Assembly (NCBI GenBank): GCA_038924245.1
Contig: JBCKVB010000001.1
Span: 9,798-73,797 of the forward strand
Length of the DNA stretch: 64,000 bases
Direction of reading: 5' to 3'
From: Gammaproteobacteria bacterium
Lineage (GTDB): Bacteria; Pseudomonadota; Gammaproteobacteria; SURF-13
Part shown: piece by piece, positions 1 to 9,934 of the stretch
How positions within the stretch are numbered: position 1 is the first letter of the stretch
Layout: each line of letters opens with the position of its first letter
Position numbers and translations under genes: made by a program
The notes under the pieces: generated by a model
What the model was told of the DNA's origin: nothing
Databases searched by the model: none
The model's input: only the letters and a program-made list of their open reading frames with translations

Positions 1-1057
1 CCGGGCAGTTTATCCATCAAGCTCCCCATGCCGCCCATGCTGCGTATCTGGCGCAACTGGTCACGAAAATCCATCAAGTCAAAACCCTTGCCCTTCTTGA
101 GCTTGGCGGCGATTTTTTCCATCTGTTGCTGATCAAGATTCTGTTCCGCCTCCTCGATCAGGCCCAGCACATCACCCATGCCCAGGATGCGTGAGGCTAT
201 GCGTTCGGGGTGAAACGCTTCCAGGGCCGTGGTTTTCTCGCCCACGCCGAGAAACTTGATGGGCTTGCCGGTGAGGTGGCGCACGGAAAGCGCCGCGCCG
301 CCGCGCGCGTCGCCGTCGGCCTTGGTGAGTATCACGCCGGTCAATGGCAGCGCGGCGTTAAACGCGGCGGCGCTGTGGACGGCGTCTTGGCCGGTCATGC
401 TGTCCACCACGAACAGGGTTTCCACCGGCTGCGCGGCCTGATGCAGGCGCTTGATTTCATCCATCATGGCGTCGTCCACGTGCAGGCGTCCGGCACTGTC
501 TATAATGACTACATCTATGAATTGAGTGCGCGCGTGTTGTATGGCCGACTGCGCGATGTGCACCGGGTCTTGATCCGTGCTGCTGGGAAAAAACGTTGCG
601 CCGACCTCGGCGGCGAGCACGCGTAACTGTTCGATGGCCGCCGGGCGGTAAATGTCGGCGCTGACCAGCAGCACGGATTTTTTCTTGCGCTCCTGCAGCC
701 AGCGCGCGAGCTTGGCCGCCGTGGTGGTTTTACCCGCGCCCTGCAAACCGGCCATGAGTATCACCGCGGGCGGCGCGACATTGAGCGTGAGTTCCTCGCA
801 GTGTTCGCCCATCAGCGCGGTCAGTTCTTCCTGTACCGTCTTGATGAGCATCTGACCGGGGCTGAGGCTGCGCATCACCTCCTGCCCCACGGCGCGCGTG
901 CGCACGCGCTCGATGAAGTCGCGCACCACGGGCAAGGCGACGTCGGCTTCGAGCAGCGCGACGCGTACCTCGCGCAGGGCGTCCTTGATGTTGTCTTCGC
1001 TTAAACGGCCTTGGCCACGCAGATTTTTTAAGGTGCGCGACAGGCGTTCGGTGAGGG
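1..1057 (-). CDS. ffh: Signal recognition particle protein Ffh, C-terminal part cut by window edge; start codon complement at 1055-1057
   Basis: Minus-strand translation MFDTLTERLSRTLKNLRGQGRLSEDNIKDALREVRVALLEADV...GLQGAGKTTTAAKLA...KLPGM matches the Ffh NG and M domains; the ORF runs off the window start so it is absent from the ORF track. Confidence 0.9.
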
Positions 1058-1078
1058 TGTCAAACATGATGAGCGGGT

Positions 1079-2359
1079 TTAGAGCGAGGCAAACACCTTT
1101 TCCGCCGCGGCCAGCGTGGCGGCGATTTCCTGATCGCCGTGCGCGCTGGAGACAAAGCCCGCTTCGAAGGCGGACGGCGCGAGGTACACGCCCTGCTCCA
1201 GCATGCCGTGGAAGAATTTCTTGAAGCGTTCCACGTTGCACGCCATGACCTGGGCGAAGGTCTCCACCCTCGGCGCATCGGTGAAAAACAAACCGAACAT
1301 GCCGCCCACCTGATTGGTAGTGAACGGGATATTGGCCTGTTTGGCGCGCTGCGCCATGCCTGCGGTGAAGCGTTGCGTGGTGGCGGTCAGGCGCGTGAAA
1401 AATTCCGGCTGTTCAATCAGCTTGAGCGTGGCGAGTCCCGCCGCCAGCGCCACCGGATTGCCGGACAAGGTGCCCGCCTGGTACACCGGGCCGAGCGGCG
1501 CGATCTTGTGCATGATGTCTCTGCGTCCGCCAAAGGCGGCCACCGGCAGGCCGCCGCCAATCACCTTGCCGAGCGTGGTGAGATCGGGCCTGACGCCGTA
1601 AACCTGCTGCGCCCCGCCCAGCGCGACGCGAAAACCCGTCATCACTTCGTCGAAGATCAACACGCTGCCGTACTCGTCACACACCTCGCGCAGGCCCTGC
1701 AAAAATCCCGGCGCGGGCGGCACGCAGTTCATGTTGCCCGCCACCGGCTCGACGATGATGCAGGCGATGTCTTTACCATGTTGTTTGAAAGCCACGCGCA
1801 CCTGATCAATATCGTTGTAGTCCAGGGTCAGCGTGTGCTGCGCCAGCGCCGCCGGCACGCCGGGCGAGGTCGGCACGCCGAGGGTGAGCGCGCCGGAGCC
1901 GGCCTTGATGAGCAGCGAGTCGGAATGGCCGTGGTAGCAGCCTTCGAATTTCACGATCTTGTCGCGCCCGGTGTAACCGCGCGCCAGGCGCAAGGCGGTC
2001 ATGGTCGCCTCGGTGCCGGAGCTTACCAGGCGCACCATTTCAATGGAGGGAACCAGCGCGCATATCTTTTCCGCCATCTCCACTTCTATCGCAGTGGGCG
2101 CGCCGAAGCCGAGGCTTTGCGCGGCGGCGTCCTGCACCGCCTTGACCACCGAGGGATGCGCGTGACCCACGATCAGCGGGCCCCAGGAGGCGACGTAATC
2201 AATATAGCGTTTGCCGTCTTCGTCTATCAGGTACGCGCCTTCGCCGCGCTTGAAAAACAACGGCTCACCGCCCACGCCGCGAAACGCGCGCACCGGAGAG
2301 TTCACGCCGCCGGGAATACGCTGTTGCGCCCTGATAAAAAGTTCATGTGACCGATTCAT
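1079..2359 (-). CDS. hemL: Glutamate-1-semialdehyde 2,1-aminomutase
   Basis: 426 aa; MNRSHELF...[10 protein letters not shown]...[14 protein letters not shown]...GTLSGNP is the HemL aminotransferase class III signature. Confidence 0.95.
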   Translation of the reverse strand: MNRSHELFIRAQQRIPGGVNSPVRAFRGVGGEPLFFKRGEGAYLIDEDGKRYIDYVASWGPLIVGHAHPSVVKAVQDAAAQSLGFGAPTAIEVEMAEKICALVPSIEMVRLVSSGTEATMTALRLARGYTGRDKIVKFEGCYHGHSDSLLIKAGSGALTLGVPTSPGVPAALAQHTLTLDYNDIDQVRVAFKQHGKDIACIIVEPVAGNMNCVPPAPGFLQGLREVCDEYGSVLIFDEVMTGFRVALGGAQQVYGVRPDLTTLGKVIGGGLPVAAFGGRRDIMHKIAPLGPVYQAGTLSGNPVALAAGLATLKLIEQPEFFTRLTATTQRFTAGMAQRAKQANIPFTTNQVGGMFGLFFTDAPRVETFAQVMACNVERFKKFFHGMLEQGVYLAPSAFEAGFVSSAHGDQEIAATLAAAEKVFASL

Positions 2360-2403
2360 TGTTGTTTCTTCCCGTTAAGTGTGTGCCCTGTGTTTAAACG
2401 TAC

Positions 2404-2434
2404 TCTTTGCCGTCCCTGGCGTAACTAATCAGTT
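2404..2434. repeat. 28-31 bp motif tctttgccgtccctggcgt(aac)taatcagtt upstream of hemL; second copy at 4433-4460 upstream of gltX
   Basis: 19/19 and 9/9 identical blocks separated by a 3-bp indel between the two copies. Confidence 0.5.
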
Positions 2435-2494
2435 CTTCCCAACACCAGCCTCGCCATCCATGGCGAGTCGTTCACCGCCTTCGGCGCTTCACCC

Positions 2495-3145
2495 TTATTT
2501 AAAAAGTGTGGTGTATGTTTGTACCGTGGCGCGAATATCGTCCTGACCAAATACACCGTGAATCACCGCCAGTATATCCGCGCCCGCCTCCACCAGCAGT
2601 GCACCGTTTTGCGCCGTGATGCCGCCTATCACCGCGATGGGCAGATGAAGTTTTGCTCGCGCCTCGCGTAATAATTTTATATCCGCCTGTACCGCTTCAG
2701 GTTTGCTGCGCGAGGGGAAAAAACGCCCGAACGCGACGTAATCCGCGCCCTCCTGCTCCGCCCGCAGCGCACGCTCCAGTGAGTTATAACAGGAGACGCC
2801 GATGATGGCGCGCGGCCCCAGCGCCCGCCTTGCATGGGACACCGTTGCATCTTCCGCCCCCAGGTGGACGCCGTCCGCGCCGATAATTTTGGCCAGCGCC
2901 ACGTCGTCATTGATAATCAACGGGACGTGATGCGCGCGGCACAGCGCGAGCAGCGCGCGGCCTTCCGCTTTGCGTTGCGCGCCGCCGCACTCCTTGGCGC
3001 GATATTGTAATAGCGCCGCGCCGCCTTGCAGCGCCAATTCAGACCGCTCGACAAGCTGCGCGGCGGAAAGCAGCGCCCGGTCCGCAATGGCGTACAACCC
3101 GCGCAATACCGGAATGTGACCGGCAAGTGCGGCGGTTTCAATCAT
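2495..3145 (-). CDS. thiE: Thiamine-phosphate synthase
   Basis: 216 aa; GLYAIAD...HLGAEDA...GVSCYNSLERA...AVIGGIT is the ThiE TMP-TENI fold. Confidence 0.9.
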   Translation of the reverse strand: MIETAALAGHIPVLRGLYAIADRALLSAAQLVERSELALQGGAALLQYRAKECGGAQRKAEGRALLALCRAHHVPLIINDDVALAKIIGADGVHLGAEDATVSHARRALGPRAIIGVSCYNSLERALRAEQEGADYVAFGRFFPSRSKPEAVQADIKLLREARAKLHLPIAVIGGITAQNGALLVEAGADILAVIHGVFGQDDIRATVQTYTTLFK

Positions 3146-3148
3146 GGG

Positions 3149-4000
3149 TTATTTCCTGCCTTCACGCGCCCAATAAAACCGGTTGGGCAGCGCCTGGCCT
3201 TTTCCGATATGGTGCGCGTGCTTCAGCGTCTCCCAGGTATAGCGCTGCGCTTCATCCACGGCGCTGAACGGCTCATTACCCTGCGCGAGCAGCCCCGCGA
3301 TGGCCGAGGCCAGCGTGCAGCCGGAGCCGTGATAACTTTCCGGCAAACGCTCCCAGTTAAATGACTGCAGACGGCGCCGATTGCCGTACAGGGTGTTCAC
3401 CACATCAGGCGTGCGCTCATGCGTGCCGGTGATTAGCACGTAGTCGCTGCCGTATTCCATAAGCTGCTGCGCGCAGGCATCCAGACTGTCGGCGGAGGGC
3501 GCGAAGCGGCGCGCCTCCAGACTGTTAGGGGTGAACACCGTGGTGAGCGGCAATAATAAGGAAATAATCACTTCTTGTAACGCGCCATCGGACAGACTCT
3601 GCCCCGATCCCGATGCGAGCACCGGGTCGAGCACCACCGGCACATGGGGATGTTGCGCAAGCAGGGTATGTACCGCCTCGGCGATCAGGTGGCTGCCGAG
3701 CATGCCGATCTTGAACGCCGCCACCGGCATGTCTTCCAGCACCGCGCGCGCCTGTTCGATGACCAGCGCGGTATCCAGTATTTGATAGTCCTTCACCCCG
3801 CGCGTATCCTGCACGGTGATCGCGGTCACCACGGGCGCGGCGATACAGCCCTGGCTGGCCAGGGCCTCGATGTCTGCCTGTATGCCTGCGCCGCCGCTGG
3901 GATCATGGCCGGCGAAAACCATGACTACCGGCACGCCCGCTGTAAGGGTATTTTTCACGGCCCTGCTCATTTGAGAAATTTTATCATGAGTGATGGGCAT
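3149..4000 (-). CDS. thiD: Hydroxymethylpyrimidine/phosphomethylpyrimidine kinase (alternative start at 3970)
   Basis: 283 aa; AGHDPSGGAGIQADIEA...KIGML...HGSGCTLASAIA matches ThiD. Confidence 0.9.
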   Translation of the reverse strand: MPITHDKISQMSRAVKNTLTAGVPVVMVFAGHDPSGGAGIQADIEALASQGCIAAPVVTAITVQDTRGVKDYQILDTALVIEQARAVLEDMPVAAFKIGMLGSHLIAEAVHTLLAQHPHVPVVLDPVLASGSGQSLSDGALQEVIISLLLPLTTVFTPNSLEARRFAPSADSLDACAQQLMEYGSDYVLITGTHERTPDVVNTLYGNRRRLQSFNWERLPESYHGSGCTLASAIAGLLAQGNEPFSAVDEAQRYTWETLKHAHHIGKGQALPNRFYWAREGRK

Positions 4001-4075
4001 TATCGCCGATACATGAGAAAATAGCGCCAGCTACGCGGCGCGCGGCACTGCGCATAACCAGCCTTTGAGTCTGTC

Positions 4076-4240
4076 ATGAAAACTTACATGTGCGTTATCT
4101 GCGGCTTTATTTACGATGAAGCCAAAGGACTGCCGGAAGCCGATATCGCACCGGGAACCAAATGGGACGACCTGCCGCCGAACTGGACCTGTCCGGACTG
4201 CGGGGCGAGTAAAGACGACTTTGAAATGATTGAGGTGTAA
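4076..4240 (+). CDS. Rubredoxin (54 aa)
   Basis: [54 protein letters not shown]; CxxCG...CPxCG rubredoxin motif; below the ORF-track length cutoff. Confidence 0.85.
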   Translation: MKTYMCVICGFIYDEAKGLPEADIAPGTKWDDLPPNWTCPDCGASKDDFEMIEV

Positions 4241-4272
4241 GCGCGCTGTTACATCGGAAACAGCATGATGAA

Positions 4273-4348
4273 TGGTGGGCGATGCTGGGATTGAACCAGC
4301 GACCCCTACCGTGTGAAGGTAGTGCTCTCCCGCTGAGCTAATCGCCCC
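4273..4348 (-). tRNA. tRNA-Val (anticodon CAC)
   Basis: Reverse complement GGGCGATTAGCTCAGCGGGAGAGCAC...CTACC TTCACAC GGTAG...TCGCCCACCA; cloverleaf with CAC anticodon and CCA end. Confidence 0.85.
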
Positions 4349-4432
4349 AAATAATATAAGCGCGCACAGCGCCTCGGCTCGCCTCCCTCTCCCCTTCGGG
4401 GAGAGGGAATGAGGGAGAGGGAACCCTGCACA

Positions 4433-4460
4433 TCTTTGCCGTCCCTGGCGTTAATCAGTT
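4433..4460. repeat. Second copy of the tctttgccgtccctggcgttaatcagtt motif, about 80 bp upstream of gltX
   Basis: Near-identical to 2404-2434. Confidence 0.5.
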
Positions 4461-4542
4461 GAGATGCGGAATTCTACGGTGTGCCGCGGGCAGCGTCAAA
4501 TCGGCGTGTTTTTGTTAGAATGAGCGTTTTGAGCACTCCTGA

Positions 4543-5946
4543 ATGACCATCCGCACCCGTTTCGCCCCCAGCCCGACCGGTTATCTGCACGTCGGCGGCG
4601 CGCGCACCGCGCTTTATTCCTGGCTGTATGCGCGCAAACACGGTGGCACGTACATCCTGCGTATCGAGGACACGGATCTCGCGCGCTCCACCGCCGAATC
4701 GGTGAATGCGATTCTGGAGGGCATGACCTGGCTCGGCCTGGAATATGACGAAGGGCCGTTTTACCAGACTCAGCGCTCTGAACATTACCGCGCCGCCCTG
4801 GACAAGCTGCTCAAGGAGGGCAAGGCCTATCATTGCTATTGCTCCAGGGAACGCCTGGAGGCGCTGCGCACCGATCAGATGGCGCGCAAGGAAAAGCCGC
4901 GTTATGACCATCATTGCCGCGATTTGAAAACGCCACCGCCCGATGTGGCGCCGGTGGTGCGCTTCAAAAATCCGCTGGATGGTGAAGTCATGGTGCGGGA
5001 TGAAATCAAGGGCACGGTGGTGTTTCAAAACAGCGAACTGGATGATCTTATCATCGCGCGCTCCGACGGCTCCCCCACTTATAACTTCACCGTCTCGGTG
5101 GACGACTGGGACATGCGCGTCACGCACGTAATCCGCGGCGACGACCATCTCAACAACACACCGCGCCAGATGAACATTCTCAAGGCGCTTGGCGCCACGC
5201 CGCCCTCCTATTCACACGTGCCGATGATCCTCGGCAACGACGGCCAGCGCCTGTCCAAACGCCACGGCGCGGTGAGCGTGATGCAATACCGCGAAGACGG
5301 CTTTCTGCCGGAGGCGCTGCTCAATTACCTGGTGCGCCTCGGCTGGGCGCACGGCGATCAGGAAATCTTCTCGCTCGACGAGATGATCAAGCTGTTTGAC
5401 ATCAAAGACGTGCACCGCGCCGCGAGCGCGTTCAACACCGATAAACTGCTGTGGCTCAACCAGCACTATATCAAGACCTCCGACCCCGCTCACATCGCGC
5501 ACCATTTAAGCTGGCACATGGGCAGGCTCGGCATAGACCCCACGCAAGGCCCCGATCTGGTTGAAGTGGTAAAGGCCCTGCGCGAACGCGCCAAGACTTT
5601 AGTAAAGATGGCCGAGGCAAGCGCGATTTTCTACAAGGACTTCGATCATTACGAGGAAAGCGCACTGAAGCACCTGTCCGCGCAGGTGGCCGCCCCGTTC
5701 TCAGCGCTACGCGACGGCCTGGCCGGACTCGCCGTGTGGGAGCCGCCCGCCATCCATCAATTGATCTCCGCTACCGCCACGGCGCACGGGCTCACCTTGG
5801 GCAAGCTCGCGCAACCCCTGCGCGTCGCGGTCACGGGGAAAGCCGCTTCTCCGCCCATAGACGTCACCGTGCACTTGCTGGGGCCAGAAAAGACGCGCCA
5901 ACGCATCACCCGCGCCCTGGCGCACATTGAAAAAACCGCGTCTTGA
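4543..5946 (+). CDS. gltX: Glutamate--tRNA ligase
   Basis: 467 aa; [23 protein letters not shown]...KLSKR is the class I aaRS HIGH/KMSKS pattern typical of GluRS. Confidence 0.95.
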   Translation: MTIRTRFAPSPTGYLHVGGARTALYSWLYARKHGGTYILRIEDTDLARSTAESVNAILEGMTWLGLEYDEGPFYQTQRSEHYRAALDKLLKEGKAYHCYCSRERLEALRTDQMARKEKPRYDHHCRDLKTPPPDVAPVVRFKNPLDGEVMVRDEIKGTVVFQNSELDDLIIARSDGSPTYNFTVSVDDWDMRVTHVIRGDDHLNNTPRQMNILKALGATPPSYSHVPMILGNDGQRLSKRHGAVSVMQYREDGFLPEALLNYLVRLGWAHGDQEIFSLDEMIKLFDIKDVHRAASAFNTDKLLWLNQHYIKTSDPAHIAHHLSWHMGRLGIDPTQGPDLVEVVKALRERAKTLVKMAEASAIFYKDFDHYEESALKHLSAQVAAPFSALRDGLAGLAVWEPPAIHQLISATATAHGLTLGKLAQPLRVAVTGKAASPPIDVTVHLLGPEKTRQRITRALAHIEKTAS

Positions 5947-6011
5947 CGTGCCCAGGAACTCGCCGTGATTGACGCTATCTTGGCGGAACCCGTACAATAC
6001 GCGATTGTTTC

Positions 6012-6087
<76 letters not shown>

Positions 6088-6120
6088 ACCACCAAAGAAG
6101 AATAGCACACACCATTTTCC

Positions 6121-6196
6121 GTCCCCATCGTCTAGAGGCCTAGGACACTGCCCTTTCACGGCGGCGACAGGGGTTCGAATCCCCTTGGGGACGCCA
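6121..6196 (+). tRNA. tRNA-Glu (anticodon TTC)
   Basis: GTCCCCATCGTCTAGAGGCCTAGGACACTGCCCTTTCACGGCGGCGACAGGGGTTCGAATCCCCTTGGGGACGCCA, near-identical to E. coli tRNA-Glu. Confidence 0.9.
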
Positions 6197-6211
6197 GTTT
6201 TTCAAGTTTCG

Positions 6212-7357
6212 TTATGCAAGCAACGGCGGCAATTGCTGGGTGAGCGCGAGCTTTTCGCTCGTGGCCTTGCCGGTGAGCGCAAAGCCGTGTAAATGCTGTT
6301 GCGCATCATAAAATAACGCACGCACGCCCTCTTCGCTCTCGCTCACCTGCCACGCGCCGGGAACGTCCGCGGGCGGCGGCGATACCACGATGGGATAGGC
6401 CGGTGTCTTCACCACCACCGGCATGGCGGGATACACCACGGGCGTAGGCGTACCCGCCAGTGTCTTGGCGAGCGCGCGCGCGGCGTGCATGATGGGCGTG
6501 ACGAAGGGCAGCACCAGTCCTTCAACTTCGGCGCAATCGCCCAAGGCATACACATCCGGCGTGCTGGTTCGCAGGTAACGATCCGTTACGATGCCGCGAT
6601 TGATTTTGATTCCCGATTGTTGCGCGAGCGTCACGCGCGGCTTGAGGCCGATGGCGGACAGCACCACATCCACATCAAGCACAGTGCCATCGGATAATGT
6701 AACAAGATAGGCGTCATGCGCCCGATTGACTGACACGGCATTGCTGTTGGCGTGCCACCGCGCGCCTGCTTTCATCAGCGCGGCGCGCAATTGCGCTCCC
6801 GCCGCTTCCGGCAACAGCTGGTTGAGCGGCGCGGGGTTGGGGTCAATCACGTGCACGGTAAAACCCACGCCGCACAAATCATTGGCGAACTCGCAGCCGA
6901 TCAGGCCCGCGCCGATGATGGCGACGTTTTTACCGCCCTCCAGCGCTTGGCGCAGGCGCGCGTAATCCGCCAGGTCATTCACCGCCAGCACTTGATCCGC
7001 GGCATCACCTTGTAGCGGCGCGCGCATCGGATCCGCACCCAGGGCCAGCACCAGCCTGGAATATTCCAGCGCCTTGCCCTCACAGATCAAGGTATGACGC
7101 GCTGCATCAATACTGGTTACGCGCGCGTGCGCCAGTATCGTGGCGTTGAGCTGCGTCTGCATTTGAGCCACATCCTGCGTGGCGAGCTGTTCCGGTGTTT
7201 TGTTTTGTGCGTACGCATTGGACAGCATGGGCTTGTAATAAAAGCGGCCATCGTCCGCGCTGATGAGCGTGAGCGGTGCGTCTTTGTCGAGCTTGCGCAA
7301 CTCACGCGCCGTGGTGTAACCGGCCAATCCCGTGCCAATAATAACAATCGGGTGCAT
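6212..7357 (-). CDS. Rubredoxin-NAD(+) reductase (FAD pyridine-nucleotide disulfide oxidoreductase); start MHPIVIIGTG at 7357 with a GGGGGA RBS (long ORF runs to 7387)
   Basis: IVIIGTGLAGY...NVAIIGAGLIGCEFA...YALGDCA: two Rossmann GxGxxG motifs of the RubB/AlkT family; directly downstream of a rubredoxin gene. Confidence 0.85.
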   Translation of the reverse strand: MHPIVIIGTGLAGYTTARELRKLDKDAPLTLISADDGRFYYKPMLSNAYAQNKTPEQLATQDVAQMQTQLNATILAHARVTSIDAARHTLICEGKALEYSRLVLALGADPMRAPLQGDAADQVLAVNDLADYARLRQALEGGKNVAIIGAGLIGCEFANDLCGVGFTVHVIDPNPAPLNQLLPEAAGAQLRAALMKAGARWHANSNAVSVNRAHDAYLVTLSDGTVLDVDVVLSAIGLKPRVTLAQQSGIKINRGIVTDRYLRTSTPDVYALGDCAEVEGLVLPFVTPIMHAARALAKTLAGTPTPVVYPAMPVVVKTPAYPIVVSPPPADVPGAWQVSESEEGVRALFYDAQQHLHGFALTGKATSEKLALTQQLPPLLA

Positions 7358-7409
7358 ATCGTCCCCCGTAAAAAAACCGGGGGGCATGACCCTCCCTTTA
7401 ATTCAGAGC

Positions 7410-7586
7410 TTACACCGCAGCCTTGATTTCAACCATTTCAAAATCGGCCTTGGCGGCACCGCAGTCGGGACAGGCCCAGTTTTCCGGAATGTCCTCCCAG
7501 CGCGTGCCGGGGGCGATGCCTTCTTCGGGCAATCCGTGGGCTTCATCGTAAATAAAGCCGCATACCATACATTGCCATTTCTTCAT
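7410..7586 (-). CDS. Rubredoxin (58 aa)
   Basis: [58 protein letters not shown]. Confidence 0.85.
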   Translation of the reverse strand: MKKWQCMVCGFIYDEAHGLPEEGIAPGTRWEDIPENWACPDCGAAKADFEMVEIKAAV

Positions 7587-7770
7587 TGTCAGCTTCTCAA
7601 TTTGAATGATATAGGAACTTCTGTTAAGCCAGAAGTTCTTGCGGCACAGGGATGTGCCGCCATTTTCAATGGCGTTTAGCCATTGAAAATGAAGAAAAGC
7701 AAAAACCACGTTTTTTGCTTTTCGTGCTCTGAGAAGTCCAGGACGGACTTATTCAGAGCTTCCTACAGCC

Positions 7771-8242
7771 TCAGGCCGTCACTTTTGCGAGCGTGGCGAG
7801 GTACTGGTTCGCATGCCGCTCCTCGACCTTGGCGAGCGCCGCGAAGCGCTTGGCGGCTTTTTCCAAGGTGGCGCGGAAGCGCTGCGCGTGCTCCCTGGAT
7901 TCGGCGATCTGCTCGTCGTACTCCGCGACGGCGGTCTGATTGCCTTCCTCCACCGCCATGTGGCGGAAGTTCGGGTACATCTCGGTGTACTCGTAGGTCT
8001 CACCGGCGATGGCCATCTCAAGACAGCGCGCCACGCTCATCTCCGGCTTGGGATACAAAAGATCAATATGGCCGAAGGCGTGTTGCACTTCCTGCGCCGC
8101 GGTTTCTTCAAACACCTTGGCGGTTTCCACGTCGCCGTGCGCGCGCGATCCCGGCGAAGTACAAATACTTGATGTGCGCCATGGACTCGCCCGCAAACGC
8201 GGCTTCAATGTTTTTTACGGTAATGGATTCAGTGTTTTTCAT
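7771..8242 (-). pseudogene. Rubrerythrin/erythrin-like diiron ferritin-fold protein without a fused rubredoxin domain, split by a frameshift in a (GC)n run near 8138-8149
   Basis: N-terminal frame MKNTESITVKNIEAAFAGESMAHIKYLYFAGIAR, then the shifted frame continues AHGDVETAKVFEETAAQEVQHA...EYTEMY...ESREHA...EERHA (four E/H diiron ligand motifs); GAGGAG RBS before the ATG at 8242. Confidence 0.7.
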
Positions 8243-8324
8243 CTCTATCTCCTCAAGTTGGCTTATCGCTCATTGCGATATGAGGAGAATGATAGGGCCG
8301 GATGGACGATTATCTAATTGATTG

Positions 8325-8355
8325 TATTAGCCATCTTAATAGATTTTAACTATCA
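8325..8355 (-). promoter_or_regulatory. Possible OxyR-type half-site ATAG-N7-CTAT upstream of the rubrerythrin-rubredoxin-reductase genes
   Basis: Minus-strand sequence gATAGttaaaatCTATtaag about 100 bp upstream of the start at 8242. Confidence 0.25.
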
Positions 8356-8450
8356 CATCCCGCCGCGCGGTTGCGCCGGGGCGCTGTCCACGCGGACACC
8401 CCTCCTAAACTTTTTGCCACAGTTGCGGCCTTCCCTGGCGCAACTTCAGT

Positions 8451-9429
8451 TTACTTATCAACACCGGCCAGGCCATCCCTGGCTTGGCGTGCAGCGCTTC
8501 GCGCTGCACCCACGCGGGTCACGCAGCGCAGCGCGCAGGCATGCACCGCCTCACGCAACACCTTGACCGCCTCGGGACGCGGAAAGCTGTCGCGCCAGGC
8601 GAGCGCGATGCGCCGTTTCGGCGCGGCCCCGGAAAACGGGCGCACGTTAAGCAGCTTGTTCTCCTGCGGGTGCACGTACACCGAACTGCAAGGCAGCACG
8701 GTGACGCCCGTGCCCGACGCCACCATGTGGCGGATGGTCTCCAGCGAGCCGCCTTCCAGCGTGCGTTGCAGGCTGCCTACCGCGCTGGAGCGGTTGAGGC
8801 CGGGGCACGCCTTCAACACCTGGTCACGGGAGCAATGGCCCGGACCCAGCAGCAACAGGTTCTCCCCGGCGAGCTCGCTCGCCTTGACGGTCTTTTGTTT
8901 TTTCCAGGGATGCGCCGCGGGCGTCACCACCACGAACGGTTCGTCATACAGCGCCTGGGTCACGATACCCGGCGCCTCGAACGGCAGCGAGATCATAATC
9001 ACGTCCAGCACGCCTTCCTTTAATAACTCGCTCAAGGCGGCGGTGTAATTCTCTTCGATCAGCAGTGGCATGCGCGGGGCGCGCTTGTGCAGCAGCGGGA
9101 GCAAATGCGGCAACAAGTACGGCCCCGATGGTGTAGATGATGCCGAAGCGCAGCGGCCCCGCCAGCGGGTCCTTGCCCTGCTGCGCGATATCCTTGATGA
9201 CGGCGGTTTGTTCCAACGCGCGTTGCGCCTGGGCGACGATGCGCTCGCCCACGGGCGTGAGCGTGACCTCCGCCATGCCGCGCTCGAACAACACCACCCC
9301 CAGCTCCTGTTCCAGCTTGCGGATCGCCACGCTCAGCGTGGGCTGGCTGACGAAGCAGGCCTGCGCGGCGCGGCCAAAATGACGCTCACGCGCCACCGCC
9401 ACGATGTAACGCAGTCCGGTGAGGGTCAT
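8451..9429 (-). pseudogene. oxyR: LysR-family peroxide regulator OxyR, interrupted by a +1 frameshift in a G/C homopolymer at about 9124-9127
   Basis: N-terminal ORF MTLTGLRYIVAVARERHFGRAAQACFVSQPTLSVAIRKLEQELGVVLFERG... (HTH); C-terminal ORF ...LPHLLPLLHKRAPRMPLLIEE...LLLLGPGHCSRDQVLKAC...; IIYTIG-GGGGCC-VLV has one G too many (GGGG) relative to the expected GPYLLPHL frame. Confidence 0.75.
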
Positions 9430-9431
9430 TG

Positions 9432-9932
9432 TCAGCCGAATCGGCCGCCGCGCACGAACCGTTCGCGCCAGTAGCGGTTGGCCAAGTTGGCCACCGTCAC
9501 CTCTTTGCCGGTCGCCGGGGCATGAATGAAGCGGCCATCGCCGATATAGAGGCCGACGTGGGAAACGGCGCGCCCGTCCAGCCTGAAAAACACCAGGTCG
9601 CCCGGCTCAAGCTCGCGCGCGGAAACGGGGCGGGTGGCCTGATACTGCGCGCGGGTGGTGCGCGGCACGCCGAGCCCCGCCTCTTGATAGCTGTAGTACA
9701 CCAGGCCGCTGCAATCAAACCCAGCGGGCGATTCCCCTCCATAACTGTACCGCACACCCAGCATTTCCCGCGCGACGCCTACCACCCGCAGGGCCGCCCG
9801 CAGGGCCGTATCCGCATCATGGGGATACGCCGCGCCCGGCGCGACGCGCGCCGTCATGGGCGCGCCGGCGCAGCCGCCGAGCAATAGCGCGGCGCACAGG
9901 AAAAGACAGGCTGAGCGCGGTTTGATAGTCAT
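9432..9932 (-). CDS. NlpC/P60 family peptidoglycan endopeptidase lipoprotein
   Basis: 166 aa; lipobox LLGGCAG; catalytic cysteine context YSYGGESPAGFDCSGLVYYSY...HVGLYIGDGRFIHA. Confidence 0.85.
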   Translation of the reverse strand: MTIKPRSACLFLCAALLLGGCAGAPMTARVAPGAAYPHDADTALRAALRVVGVAREMLGVRYSYGGESPAGFDCSGLVYYSYQEAGLGVPRTTRAQYQATRPVSARELEPGDLVFFRLDGRAVSHVGLYIGDGRFIHAPATGKEVTVANLANRYWRERFVRGGRFG

Positions 9933-9934
9933 CG

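Noticed and set aside
1139-2350. 403-aa plus-strand ORF
   Set aside because: Lies entirely antisense within hemL, which has a clear homology signature. High GC content yields long stop-free antisense frames.
8371-9048. 225-aa plus-strand ORF
   Set aside because: Antisense to the two oxyR fragments.
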